From Gammaproteobacteria bacterium (GTDB lineage: Bacteria; Pseudomonadota; Gammaproteobacteria; UBA4575), in assembly GCA_965243395.1 (NCBI GenBank), contig CBDEUS010000001.1, positions 768,001-832,000 on the forward strand: DNA of 64,000 bases, given 5' to 3'. The position numbers and the translations under genes were made by a program. The notes under the pieces are model-generated. The model was not told where the DNA came from and did not search any database. It worked only from the letters and a program-made list of their open reading frames with translations. Positions within the stretch are counted from its first letter, which is position 1; the number at the start of each line of letters is the position of its first letter. Positions 10,718 to 23,489 of the stretch are shown here, piece by piece.

Positions 10718-11452
10718 ATGTCGTTCAAGGTGGTGATCCCTGCACGCTATGCTTCAACGCGACTTCCAGGTAAATCTCTATTAAAAATAAAAAATAAACC
10801 TATTATTCAATATGTGTATGAAAATGCATGCCAAAGCGGCGCTGATGAAATTATTATTGCCACGGACGATGAACGTATCGCAGACGTAGCAGATGCATTT
10901 GGCGCCAATGTTTGTTTGACATCCACTCAGCATCAATCGGGTACGGATCGAATTGCTGAAGTCGCAAACAAAATAGCCTGGGATGATGATACTGCAATTG
11001 TTAATGTGCAAGGCGATGAACCGCAAATGCCTTCACAAAATATTAAGCAAGTTGCAGAGAATTTAATGCAAAACAAAAATATTAGTATATCGACCTTGTG
11101 TACAGCTATTACTAACCATAAAGATTATGAAAATCCTAATATAGTGAAAGTGATTTTTGATTTAAATAACCATGCATTAAATTTCAGTCGTAAGGTTGAA
11201 AAACTAAATTGTAAAAACCCTGTCACTGATCTTGAAAGCGTATATAGACATTTAGGAATTTATGCTTATCGTGTTGGTTTTTTAAACACCTTCACTAACC
11301 TTGCCCCGTCGTCACATGAAAAGAAAGAATCATTAGAACAATTAAGAGCATTGCAAAATGGCTATGTGATTTATGTAGAAGAATGTCTTAGTCCAACGGG
11401 AATTGGTGTTGATACACAGGAAGATTATGAATCTTTACAAAAGTTAATGTAA
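10718..11452 (+). CDS. kdsB: 3-deoxy-manno-octulosonate cytidylyltransferase
   Basis: IPARYASTRLPGK, SGTDRIAE, NVQGDEP, ESLEQLRAL. Confidence 0.95.
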   Translation: MSFKVVIPARYASTRLPGKSLLKIKNKPIIQYVYENACQSGADEIIIATDDERIADVADAFGANVCLTSTQHQSGTDRIAEVANKIAWDDDTAIVNVQGDEPQMPSQNIKQVAENLMQNKNISISTLCTAITNHKDYENPNIVKVIFDLNNHALNFSRKVEKLNCKNPVTDLESVYRHLGIYAYRVGFLNTFTNLAPSSHEKKESLEQLRALQNGYVIYVEECLSPTGIGVDTQEDYESLQKLM

Positions 11453-11459
11453 TTCAGCT

Positions 11460-12056
11460 ATGAAATGGAAAATTAATAACAAAGTGCGAAACTACGATGG
11501 GCACTTTAAAGTTGATCAATTCGTTCTCCAACATGAGCTGTTTGCGGGAGGTATGAGTAAAGACATAGTTCGCGAGAGAGTTACAAGAAAAAATGCTGTA
11601 GCCGTGCTTCCTTATGATCCTGAACGTGATGAGGTTGTACTAGTGGAGCAATTTAGAGTCGGTGCGATTGATAATAAAGAGTACCCTTGGTTAATAGAGA
11701 TAATCGCTGGGTTAGTAGAAGAAGGCGAAGAATATGAGGAAGTTGCGATTCGCGAAGCTATTGAGGAAGCTAATTGTAAAGTAAGTAATCTTCGTCATGT
11801 TAGTTCTTTTTTTCCAACCCCTGGTGGATTTGGAGAGGTATCACATGTCTATATTGGTAAAACGGATACCACGAACTTAGGAGGAATATGTGGTTTAGCA
11901 GAAGAAGGTGAAGATATACGTGTTCATGTCGTTTCATCTTCCAATGCAATAGATATGCTTCTAAGCGGTAAAATCTGCTCAGCTATTTCAATGATTGCAC
12001 TTTATAATTTTATGCAGATACGCGAAACGCTTAGAAAAGATTGGAAGATAGGTTAG
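11460..12056 (+). CDS. nudF: ADP-ribose pyrophosphatase (NUDIX)
   Basis: AVLPYDPERDEVVLVEQFR, Nudix box GLVEEGE...AIREAIEEA, EGEDIRV. Confidence 0.85.
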   Translation: MKWKINNKVRNYDGHFKVDQFVLQHELFAGGMSKDIVRERVTRKNAVAVLPYDPERDEVVLVEQFRVGAIDNKEYPWLIEIIAGLVEEGEEYEEVAIREAIEEANCKVSNLRHVSSFFPTPGGFGEVSHVYIGKTDTTNLGGICGLAEEGEDIRVHVVSSSNAIDMLLSGKICSAISMIALYNFMQIRETLRKDWKIG

Positions 12057-12058
12057 GT

Positions 12059-12940
12059 TTACTCTAATTCAACCCTTAAATAAATTGTACATTGCAAATC
12101 TTTTGAGTCACGAGAGGTACTGAGGATGCCACTATCCTTAGATTTTGCATTTGTATCAATTCCACCTATTTGTATCCACTCGCCAAGTTTTGCTTCTACA
12201 ACCGTAGACGCTTCTTGAACATCAACTGTGCCTCTATAGCCATCACTGGTGTAGCTATAATCATCGCTAGTAGTTCGATAATGAGGTTGTATTTGTAAAG
12301 AAACGTTCCCGCTGCCTGTAAGTCTAGGAGTAACATAAAAGCCACTGGTGATATCTTGATAATCTACACTGTCATAAACCGATACACCGTAGCGATGGCG
12401 AATTATCGTGCGATGCTCGTATGGTCGAATTTGACCTGCAGTGATAAATGCTTGCCCGCCTTCAATGACACGAATCATGTGCTCGCTGTTGTTTCTAGAA
12501 CGGTTCTTTGTACTGTTAATACGTACTTTGGTTCCTTCTTCACGTGGAGGACGATCACCGACTACGACATTGACGTCATCATCAATTTCATAATTACCTG
12601 AAGCATTAAGATCGGTAGAGCGAGATTCAGCATCAATATTATTTCTGACTTTGATAATTAAATTACGAGGTGCTTTGTCCATGACATTAAGCAAACGTGT
12701 TACCTGTTCCAATGTATTTGCATCAGTGCGTATGAATAATTGAAAACCTGTGCCTGTAATTGCATCGTTTGGTTTTAACATGGGTTTGATTACAGGGATG
12801 ACTTCTTCAGCAGGACGATTTTTCAAATCAATTATTTGTAGAGGATCATTCTGGTCTGCAATCGAAGTTCCAATAACTAACAAACAAAATGAAATGAGTA
12901 TAATCTGAGTGGAAATGAGTGTGGTTTTAGTTAAATACAC
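12059..12940 (-). CDS. short secretin-like protein (NolW-type N domain plus truncated secretin domain)
   Basis: Signal peptide, then IIDLKNRPAEEVIPVIKPML...LNVMDKAPRNLII, and GFYVTPRL...LGEWIQIGG. GTG start at 12940 overlaps the upstream stop. Confidence 0.75.
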   Translation of the reverse strand: MYLTKTTLISTQIILISFCLLVIGTSIADQNDPLQIIDLKNRPAEEVIPVIKPMLKPNDAITGTGFQLFIRTDANTLEQVTRLLNVMDKAPRNLIIKVRNNIDAESRSTDLNASGNYEIDDDVNVVVGDRPPREEGTKVRINSTKNRSRNNSEHMIRVIEGGQAFITAGQIRPYEHRTIIRHRYGVSVYDSVDYQDITSGFYVTPRLTGSGNVSLQIQPHYRTTSDDYSYTSDGYRGTVDVQEASTVVEAKLGEWIQIGGIDTNAKSKDSGILSTSRDSKDLQCTIYLRVELE

Positions 12941-13458
12941 AATCTTCTGATCTCCGAGTCTTGTTGACTTAGCTCCCAAATAGACTTAAATGTTTCCACA
13001 AGTTCTTTAGATCTCTCATAGTCACAAAAGTTTACTTCTGCTTCATACAAATCAGCCTTTTGATTTAGTATATAGCCCATAGAATCAACCACAACGAATG
13101 CCTGATTAAATTGTGCATAGTCGTTACAAATGGTACGTATTTCAATTTTAGATGATACACGCTGGCTTAAATTTAATACCCGATGATTATTTTTGACAAC
13201 AGCTTGCGTGTCGTGAATGAGCACTCTGATTTTTGCGGTTTTATTACGGCGTATAAATTCGGAAGCATTCTCTATAAAATCTTCTTTGCTGTAAATTAAC
13301 GGGTCAAGTTGACGGCTCAGAATAACAACATCCTTTTGAGCGGAGGAGAGTAGTTTTAAAATAGCATCGTGGTTCAATTGACGTGTATCGACAGTGAGGC
13401 ATTCGCTCGTGACCCCGATAATGAAATTTCTGAAATAGTTATCCTTAGAAACTCCCAT
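12931..13458 (-). CDS. conserved hypothetical protein (resembles the domain fused to some GNAT acetyltransferases)
   Basis: ILSRQLDPLIY, IRVLIHD...HRVLNLSQRVSSKIEIR, AFVVVD..GY. Confidence 0.65.
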   Translation of the reverse strand: MGVSKDNYFRNFIIGVTSECLTVDTRQLNHDAILKLLSSAQKDVVILSRQLDPLIYSKEDFIENASEFIRRNKTAKIRVLIHDTQAVVKNNHRVLNLSQRVSSKIEIRTICNDYAQFNQAFVVVDSMGYILNQKADLYEAEVNFCDYERSKELVETFKSIWELSQQDSEIRRLCI

Positions 13459-13767
13459 TTATATTAACCTTTTAATAGTCCTTGATTTAAAGTATTTAGG
13501 TCGCTCTGTATATAAAGTATAAACCAGTAGTTAAGGAATCGCAGAGTGAATAAATTTCAGTCTAAATTTACACGTTGGGAACTATGCTTTCCTTAAATAA
13601 TCCAATGAGTTCGATAGGTGAGGAGAGATTATGTTAATGGAATTTGTGGTCATATCGCGTATAGTGATTCAATAAATCACGCTTGAAATATAAAAATTCC
13701 TCAGTAAAATTTTCCCGCCAAGTTTGTATGGGAAAGGGTTTTCCCTATATTTAGCATTAACCTAACC

Positions 13768-14490
13768 ATGATAAAGATAAATAATCTAAGTAAAAAATTT
13801 GGTCATTTAACTGCTGTTGAAAATATATCTTTTCAGGTAAAGCCTGGAGAAGTGTTGGGCTTTTTAGGGCCTAATGGTGCAGGTAAATCCACCACAATGA
13901 AAATGATTACAGGTTTTCTGGCTCCTACAGCGGGTGAGATCGAAGTATGTGGCTTTAATGTAAACGATAAACCTATTGAGGCTAAAAAACGCATTGGTTA
14001 TTTGCCTGAAGGTGCACCCAGCTATGGTGAGATGACGCCACTACAATATTTAGAATTTATTGCGCAAGTAAGGCAACTTAGCGGGCAGAAGAAAATAGAT
14101 CGTAATAAAGAAGTTATTGAGCGGTTACACTTAGATAAAGTGCTCAACCAATCTATTGATACATTATCAAAAGGTTTCAAAAGAAGAGTGGGTCTGGCCC
14201 AGGCAATTTTACATGATCCAGAAGTATTAATTCTTGACGAACCTACGGATGGTTTGGATCCTAATCAAAAATTTGAAGTACGAGAGTTAATCAAAAGTAT
14301 TTCACCGGAAAAAGTAATTGTAATCTCAACACATATTCTTGGCGAAGTGGATGCAATTTGTTCACGTGCAATTATCATTGCAGATGGAAAGATTTTAGCA
14401 GATGACACTCCTGAGGGTTTAAGAAGTAAATCTTCAAGTGACAAGATGGATGATATCTTTCGTGAAATAACCAGTGGAAAAATTTCTTAG
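13768..14490 (+). CDS. ABC transporter ATP-binding protein (GldA-like)
   Basis: GPNGAGKSTT, atypical signature LSKGFKRR, DEPTDGLDPNQ. Confidence 0.9.
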   Translation: MIKINNLSKKFGHLTAVENISFQVKPGEVLGFLGPNGAGKSTTMKMITGFLAPTAGEIEVCGFNVNDKPIEAKKRIGYLPEGAPSYGEMTPLQYLEFIAQVRQLSGQKKIDRNKEVIERLHLDKVLNQSIDTLSKGFKRRVGLAQAILHDPEVLILDEPTDGLDPNQKFEVRELIKSISPEKVIVISTHILGEVDAICSRAIIIADGKILADDTPEGLRSKSSSDKMDDIFREITSGKIS

Positions 14491-14499
14491 CAACTAATC

Positions 14500-15234
14500 A
14501 TGCAAAATATCATTACTATTTTTAAACGAGAGCTTAGTAGTTACTTCGCAACACCTGTAGCTTATGTATTTATCGTTATCTTTTTAATCATGAGTGGCGC
14601 ACTTACATTTTATCTGGGTAACTATTTTGAACGTGGTCAAGCAGACTTAAACCCATTTTTTCAATTTCATCCCTGGCTGTATTTATTTTTAGTGCCTGCA
14701 ATTGCCATGCGTTTATGGGCTGAAGAGCGCAAGACAGGAAGCATTGAATTATTAATGACACTGCCCATATCGATTGGGCAATCTGTTGTAGGTAAATTTT
14801 TAGCGGCTTGGGTGTTTATCGGTATTGCATTAGTTCTAACTTTTCCAATATGGATTACAGTTAACTATTTAGGCAGCCCTGATAATGGTGTGATACTGGC
14901 CGCTTATATAGGTAGTTTCTTAATGGCTGGCGGATTTCTTGCAATCGGTTCGTGTATTTCGGCAATGACCAAAAACCAAGTTATTGCATTTATTATTACA
15001 GTGGTAATTTGTTTCTTGTTTTTATTAGCTGGATCACCACTTGTATTGAATTTCTTTAAAGCCTGGATACCACAAAATATTGTTGATGCAATTTCGTCTT
15101 TAAGCTTCTTAACGCACTTTATCTCAATTGCTAAAGGCGTTATCGATATACGCGATATTATTTACTTTTTATCTTTAATAGGATTTTGGTTGTACGCCAA
15201 TACTATTATTGTTGAGCTAAAAAAAGCAGATTAA
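14500..15234 (+). CDS. ABC-2 permease (GldF-like)
   Basis: RELSSYFATPVAY and AMRLWAEERKTGSIELL. Confidence 0.9.
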   Translation: MQNIITIFKRELSSYFATPVAYVFIVIFLIMSGALTFYLGNYFERGQADLNPFFQFHPWLYLFLVPAIAMRLWAEERKTGSIELLMTLPISIGQSVVGKFLAAWVFIGIALVLTFPIWITVNYLGSPDNGVILAAYIGSFLMAGGFLAIGSCISAMTKNQVIAFIITVVICFLFLLAGSPLVLNFFKAWIPQNIVDAISSLSFLTHFISIAKGVIDIRDIIYFLSLIGFWLYANTIIVELKKAD

Positions 15235-15237
15235 GTT

Positions 15238-17133
15238 ATGGCAATGCAGAAAACTAAATCAGTCACCATAGTTGGTTTAATTGTATTAGCCATATTATTT
15301 TTAGTAATCAATATGGTGAGCAATAATTTATTCACCAGTTCTCGTATTGATCTCACAGAGAATGAACTTTACACCTTGACAGATGGCACGCGTAATATAG
15401 TCAATGATATTGACGAGCCCGTCACCGTATATTTATTTTATTCAGATAAAGCCAGTGAAGGCGTACCCCAATTACGTATCTATGCAACACGTGTAAAAGA
15501 ATTACTAAAAGAATATGAGCAGTTGTCCAATGGCAATGTAGCGCTCAATATTGTCGACCCGGTACCGTTTTCTGAAGAAGAAGACCAGGCGGCGTCATTT
15601 GGATTGCAAGCGATTCCCGTTGGTACTGGAGATAATATTTACTTTGGTTTGGCAGCAAGTAATGCGGTTGGAGATATAGAAGTAATTCCTTTCTTCCAGC
15701 CTCAGCGTGAACAATTCTTAGAATATGATGTAAGCAAATTACTTTACAACTTAACCCATCCTAAGAAAACCGTAGTAGGGCTTATCACACAATTACCTAT
15801 GTTTGGTGGTTTTGATATAGAAACTACTCAAATGACTAAAGAGTGGGCCATCATCGCTCAAATGCGCCAGCTTTTTGAGTTGAAGCAACTTGATATTACA
15901 ACTGATGTGATTGATGAAGATGTAGACCTTCTAATGGTTGTACACCCAAAGAATTTATCTGAACCCACTCAGTATGCGATTGATCAGTTTGTAATGCGTG
16001 GGGGCAAAGCTATGTTTTTTGTTGATCCACATTCTGAAATTGATACTCCTGTACGCCAACAAAACTCGCCATTAGAAGTTGAGGGCGGGCGTACTTCGAG
16101 CCTAAAAAGATTATTTGATGCCTGGGGAATTGAATTTGACACAACTAAAGTAGTGCTTGATCGTAAGTATGCATTAACTGTAGGTGGAGGCCAACAAGAG
16201 GCAAGACATTACGGCTTACTTGCTATCACAAATGAAAATATTGATTCTGAAGATGTTACCACCTCAGAACTTGAAGTGATCAGTATGGGGGTTGCGGGTG
16301 CTATCAGTGCAAAAGAAAGTTCCTCCATTCAATTTACACCAATCGTAACCTCTAGCGATGACGTGGCATTAATTGATGCATCACGTTTTCGTTTTCTACC
16401 TGACTTAAGCCAGCTAAGTGAAGGTTTTGAGCCAACAGGAGAGCCATTTACATTTATTGCACGTGTGCAAGGCAAACTTCAGAGTGCATTTAAACAAGGT
16501 AGACCGATGATGTCTGACGCTCAGGATGTAGATGAATCTAAATATGGAGAACATCTAGAAGATACTAAAGAAGATGCAAATTTATTTATAGTAGCCGATA
16601 CCGATATGTTAAGTGATCGCATGTGGGTGCAAGTACAAGAATTTTTTGGGCAACAAATTTTTAATGCATGGGCCAATAATGGTGATCTTGTTATTAATAC
16701 TGTTGATAATTACGCAGGTAGCAGTGACCTAATTGGAATTCGTGGAAGGGAAACCTCAACACGCCCGTTTGAATTAGTAAATGATCTTCGTTTAGCAGCA
16801 GATCAAAAGTTCCGGTCTAAAGAACAAAGATTACAATCAGAATTAGCTGAAACTGAACAAAAGCTTGTTGAGTTACAAAAAGCGCGTGATGATAGTGATG
16901 AACTTGTGCTCTCGCCAGAACAGGAAGCGGAAATTAAAAGATTCCAACAAGAGAAATTCAAAGTTCGCAAAGAATTGCGTCAAGTTAGACATAGCTTAAA
17001 TCAGGATATTGAAAATTTAGGAACTAAATTAAAATTTATCAATATTGGTTTAGTACCGATTATTATTTCTATTTTCGCACTAATTTTATTAGTTATTCGT
17101 TCAAGAAAAAGAAAACGTGCTCTTGGAGTATAG
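15238..17133 (+). CDS. GldG family ABC auxiliary protein
   Basis: RIDLTENELYTL, LEYDVSKL, YAIDQFVMRGG, C-terminal coiled coil and TM helix. Confidence 0.88.
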   Translation: MAMQKTKSVTIVGLIVLAILFLVINMVSNNLFTSSRIDLTENELYTLTDGTRNIVNDIDEPVTVYLFYSDKASEGVPQLRIYATRVKELLKEYEQLSNGNVALNIVDPVPFSEEEDQAASFGLQAIPVGTGDNIYFGLAASNAVGDIEVIPFFQPQREQFLEYDVSKLLYNLTHPKKTVVGLITQLPMFGGFDIETTQMTKEWAIIAQMRQLFELKQLDITTDVIDEDVDLLMVVHPKNLSEPTQYAIDQFVMRGGKAMFFVDPHSEIDTPVRQQNSPLEVEGGRTSSLKRLFDAWGIEFDTTKVVLDRKYALTVGGGQQEARHYGLLAITNENIDSEDVTTSELEVISMGVAGAISAKESSSIQFTPIVTSSDDVALIDASRFRFLPDLSQLSEGFEPTGEPFTFIARVQGKLQSAFKQGRPMMSDAQDVDESKYGEHLEDTKEDANLFIVADTDMLSDRMWVQVQEFFGQQIFNAWANNGDLVINTVDNYAGSSDLIGIRGRETSTRPFELVNDLRLAADQKFRSKEQRLQSELAETEQKLVELQKARDDSDELVLSPEQEAEIKRFQQEKFKVRKELRQVRHSLNQDIENLGTKLKFINIGLVPIIISIFALILLVIRSRKRKRALGV

Positions 17134-17157
17134 ATAAAAACGTTCCGCAATTCGGAT

Positions 17158-19682
<2,525 letters not shown>

Positions 19683-19719
19683 TCATAAGAGGTGTATCAA
19701 AACAATAAGAGACTGAGAA

Positions 19720-21108
19720 ATGAGTGAGAATTTCAGAACAGAAAAGGACAGCATGGGTGAACTCAAAGTGCCTGCAGATGCACTATATGGAGCACAAACT
19801 CAAAGAGCTGTAGAAAACTTTCCAATTAGTGGCTTGGTTATGCCAAGACAATTTATACGTGCATTAGGATTAATTAAGACCGCATGTGCTGGGGCAAATA
19901 CCGAATTAGGATTGATGAGCAATGAAGTTGAGTCGGTCGTAAAGCAAGCCGCGATGACCGTAGCAGCAGGTGATTATGACGATCATTTTCCCATTGACGT
20001 TTTTCAAACCGGTTCTGGTACTAGCACCAATATGAATGCTAATGAGGTGATTGCCCACTTAGCCAACAATTTAAGTGATACTGAAGTACATCCTAACGAT
20101 CATGTGAATATGAGCCAAAGCTCAAATGATGTTATTCCAACTGCGATTCACGTGAGTGCTTGCTTGCAAATTGAAGAAGAACTTAAACCCGCACTGGCAC
20201 ATTTATTTAGCACTCTAAAAAATAAATCCGCAGAATGCGAAAAGTATGTAAAAACAGGCCGCACACATTTGATGGATGCAATGCCCGTTACTATGGGGCA
20301 AGAAATAGATGCTTGGGCACAACAAATAGAGTATGGAATTCAGCGTATTGATGATTCACTAAAACGCTTACGCCAACTTGCGCAAGGGGGTACTGCGGTA
20401 GGCAGTGGAATTAATGCAGATGAAAAATTTGGCGACTTGGTTGCAAAAGAACTTACAGTTTTAACCAATGTTAAATTTGAATCCAAACCTAATAAATTTG
20501 AAGGTTTAGCCAGTCAAGATTCAGCAGTTGAAATGAGCGGCCAGCTCAAAGCACTTGCTGTGAGTTTAATGAAAATTTCAAATGACTTACGTTGGATGAA
20601 CTCTGGCCCTTTAGCAGGTTTGGGCGAAATAGCATTACCGGCGTTGCAACCTGGCAGCAGCATCATGCCAGGGAAAGTTAATCCCGTAATACCTGAAGCC
20701 GTTGCAATGGTAAGCACACAAGTTGTTGGTAATGACACAACTATAACCATGGCTGGTCAATCTGGTTTGTTTCAATTAAATGTGATGTTGCCTGTTATTG
20801 CATTTAATTTGCTACAAAGTATTCAGCTTATAACCAACTCATGTAAAGTCTTAGCAGACAAGGCCATTAAAGGTTTCACAGTGAATGAAGAAAACCTTCA
20901 AGCCGCTTTAGCAAAGAATCCTATTTTGGTAACTGCCATGAATAGAGTGATCGGCTATGAAAAAGGTGCAGCCATCGCTAAAGAGGCCTATGCTTCAGGC
21001 CGTCCCATTTTTGATGTGGCAAAAGAAATGACAGATTTAAGTGATGAGCAAATTAAAAAACTCTTAGATCCGGCTGCATTAACAAAAGGTGGAATACAGG
21101 AGGCATAA
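19720..21108 (+). CDS. fumC: class II fumarate hydratase
   Basis: RTEKDSMG, QTGSGTSTNMN, GRTHLMDA, GSSIMPGKVNP. Confidence 0.95.
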   Translation: MSENFRTEKDSMGELKVPADALYGAQTQRAVENFPISGLVMPRQFIRALGLIKTACAGANTELGLMSNEVESVVKQAAMTVAAGDYDDHFPIDVFQTGSGTSTNMNANEVIAHLANNLSDTEVHPNDHVNMSQSSNDVIPTAIHVSACLQIEEELKPALAHLFSTLKNKSAECEKYVKTGRTHLMDAMPVTMGQEIDAWAQQIEYGIQRIDDSLKRLRQLAQGGTAVGSGINADEKFGDLVAKELTVLTNVKFESKPNKFEGLASQDSAVEMSGQLKALAVSLMKISNDLRWMNSGPLAGLGEIALPALQPGSSIMPGKVNPVIPEAVAMVSTQVVGNDTTITMAGQSGLFQLNVMLPVIAFNLLQSIQLITNSCKVLADKAIKGFTVNEENLQAALAKNPILVTAMNRVIGYEKGAAIAKEAYASGRPIFDVAKEMTDLSDEQIKKLLDPAALTKGGIQEA

Positions 21109-21134
21109 GCTTTCTGTAATTCGCACATTGGTGC

Positions 21135-22736
21135 ATGATGTCTCTTTCGCTGAACTGGCAGAACATTGCTTTGTCAGTGATAGTATGTGCATCTATAATT
21201 ATATTAATATATGCAATTCGCAAGCTATTGCAGCTAAGAGAGATTCGCAAAGAAAATAAAAAACTTAATCTGCTTACTTATCTTTCGCCTATATTACTTT
21301 TTTTCTTTATTTATTTATTTTACTTATCGCTCACACAAACATTAGAACCTATTTATTATTTCGTAGTGATCTCTGCATTTATCACTGCAGTGTTTGTGAG
21401 TTTTGCTATACAAACGCACTATGAAACGGCCGTTTCATTAACTAAATCAAAAGCGCTAGAACATTACTATGCTACGCATGATGATTTAACCGGATTGCCT
21501 AACCTAGGTTTTTTTAATGATCAACTTGAAAAAACGTTAGGAGTATCGCGCAGAGAAGACGATGAATTTGCACTGCTCTTTATCGGGTTAAATCGTTTCA
21601 AAGTGATTAACGAAACATTGGGTTATTTTGTGGGTGATGCTATTTTAAGTGAAATTGCAAACCGTATTCGTTCAGCGCTGAGAAAAACAGATTTAATTGC
21701 AAGATTAGGCGGAGATGAGTTTGCGGTACTTATTAATCCAGTATCAGCTCAGGGCCACATACATACCATTTCTAAAAATATTGCAGAATCCATTCAGGAA
21801 CCTTTGGCGGTGGAAGGCAAACCCACTGATGTGGGCGTTTCTATTGGTGTAGCGATTTATCCTAAGCATGCAAATAACAGTATTGAGCTGATTGAAAAAG
21901 CGCGTAATGCCATGATGGCATCTGAAAGATACGGGCGATCCGTGTTTATTTATGATGAAAATGCGGTTGATAACCAGATTGAAGACATCCAAATTATTGG
22001 CATGTTGCAACGTGCAATTCAAAAAGAACAACTCCTTGTTCTTTATCAACCTCAAGTACGATTAAGCGATGAAAAAGTAATTTCAGCCGAAGCTTTAATT
22101 CGATGGCAACATCCAAATTATGGATTACTCGACCCGGGTAGATTTATACCTTATGCTGAAAAGGCTGGCCTGATATTTGAAATTAATCTTTGGTTGCTTA
22201 AAAAAATCGTTGCATTGCTAGAAAACTGGCATAAGAAAAATCTTCTACTACCTATTGCATTTAATATCACTGCCAATGGGTTTTTGAACAAAGATTTTCA
22301 ACGTGAGCTTAATGCACAGCTTAAAGATCATCTGTGGTTAGCAAAAAACCTCAAAATTGAACTTACAGAAACATCCAGTATTGATCACGTCGAGGAAATT
22401 CATGAATCCATGCTTAATTATAAAAAGCGCGGCCTGAGTTTCAGCTTAGATGATTATGGAACCAAACATGCATCACTCGAGTATTTAAAGCGCTTGCCGT
22501 TTGACGAATTAAAAATTGACCAATCTTTTATGGTCAATGCTGCAACCGATGAAGACAGTAAAGCTATTATTCAACATGCGCAAGAAATTGCACGGCAATT
22601 GAAACTTTCTACCACAGCCGAAGGCATTGAAAATGAAGAGGTCTTAAAAATTGCAAAACAGGCTGGAATCAATAACGGTCAAGGGTATCATTTTAATTCT
22701 GCACTTGATGTGCATGCAATTGAGAAAATAATTTGA
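21135..22736 (+). CDS. membrane-anchored GGDEF-EAL protein, probable c-di-GMP phosphodiesterase
   Basis: Three N-terminal hydrophobic segments, RLGGDEF, and EAL motifs EALIRW, ELTE, DDYGT, KIDQSF, AEGIE, QGY. Confidence 0.92.
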   Translation: MMSLSLNWQNIALSVIVCASIIILIYAIRKLLQLREIRKENKKLNLLTYLSPILLFFFIYLFYLSLTQTLEPIYYFVVISAFITAVFVSFAIQTHYETAVSLTKSKALEHYYATHDDLTGLPNLGFFNDQLEKTLGVSRREDDEFALLFIGLNRFKVINETLGYFVGDAILSEIANRIRSALRKTDLIARLGGDEFAVLINPVSAQGHIHTISKNIAESIQEPLAVEGKPTDVGVSIGVAIYPKHANNSIELIEKARNAMMASERYGRSVFIYDENAVDNQIEDIQIIGMLQRAIQKEQLLVLYQPQVRLSDEKVISAEALIRWQHPNYGLLDPGRFIPYAEKAGLIFEINLWLLKKIVALLENWHKKNLLLPIAFNITANGFLNKDFQRELNAQLKDHLWLAKNLKIELTETSSIDHVEEIHESMLNYKKRGLSFSLDDYGTKHASLEYLKRLPFDELKIDQSFMVNAATDEDSKAIIQHAQEIARQLKLSTTAEGIENEEVLKIAKQAGINNGQGYHFNSALDVHAIEKII

Positions 22737-22783
22737 ATGTAGCTTAAAAATTATTGCTAATTTTATGAGATGACTATGCTTAA

Positions 22784-22813
22784 AATTACGCCCAACAAAT
22801 GTTGAGCGTAATT
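22784..22813 (-). terminator. intrinsic terminator hairpin after DUF1097, possibly bidirectional
   Basis: Minus strand aattacgctcaaca-tt-tgttgggcgtaatt followed by T residues, between convergent genes. Confidence 0.65.
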
Positions 22814-22849
22814 GTATTAAAAGCTATTTAATAAGAAATTATTAAATAG

Positions 22850-23374
22850 TTATTCGCCAGAGGTTAGGGCAGCACCAACTTTACCAGAGATCATTCCGAG
22901 AATTGCACCAACTACAAGTGATACAACAACAATAATTAACGGATTTGTTAGGCTTGCGGAAGTTAGTGATCCCATTGTGAGTGCATCGGGTGTTTGTAAT
23001 GAATAACCCGCGACACTAGCATATCCCAAAACTGAAGCCGGAATTGAAGAGAAGATTTCGATATGTGCCAATAAACACATTATCAAAACAGTTACGCCTA
23101 CAACAATTCCCGCCCAAATTGGTAAGGAAAGAGTATTTGCTAATGGAATGCCTAGGATTATTAATAATGCAATCCAGGCAATTACTGCACCAAGAACGCT
23201 GCAGACAATAGTATTTTGTAATGCTTTACCGTCACCACCAATTGCAAAAAAGCATGCCCATGCGATAAACACGACCCAAATTAATACAATTCCTGACAGT
23301 GGACCAAGACATAATGCAGCGGCGATACCGCCTAAAACACCTATGCTCACTGATAATGCAACAAGACTTTTCAT
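22850..23374 (-). CDS. DUF1097 (YcdZ-like) membrane protein
   Basis: Hydrophobic; WVVFIAWACFFAIGG and IPASVLGYA; GGAGGAG RBS upstream. Confidence 0.8.
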   Translation of the reverse strand: MKSLVALSVSIGVLGGIAAALCLGPLSGIVLIWVVFIAWACFFAIGGDGKALQNTIVCSVLGAVIAWIALLIILGIPLANTLSLPIWAGIVVGVTVLIMCLLAHIEIFSSIPASVLGYASVAGYSLQTPDALTMGSLTSASLTNPLIIVVVSLVVGAILGMISGKVGAALTSGE

Positions 23375-23472
23375 GATTAGCTCCTCCCGTAGGTGAGAAA
23401 TTGATTTTTATAATTAGTATTCGAGCTAGCTAAGATTTGTACTTGGCTTAGTTCAAGTAAGCACCTTACCTA

Positions 23473-23489
23473 TGCACCATAATTGTGCA
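23473..23489. promoter_or_regulatory. NtrC-like binding site upstream of DUF1097
   Basis: TGCACCATAATTGTGCA versus consensus TGCACC-N5-GGTGCA, one mismatch. Confidence 0.55.

Noticed and set aside
13612-13640. ttatgttaat resembling the XerD arm of a dif site
   Set aside because: No XerC arm at the required 6-bp spacing.
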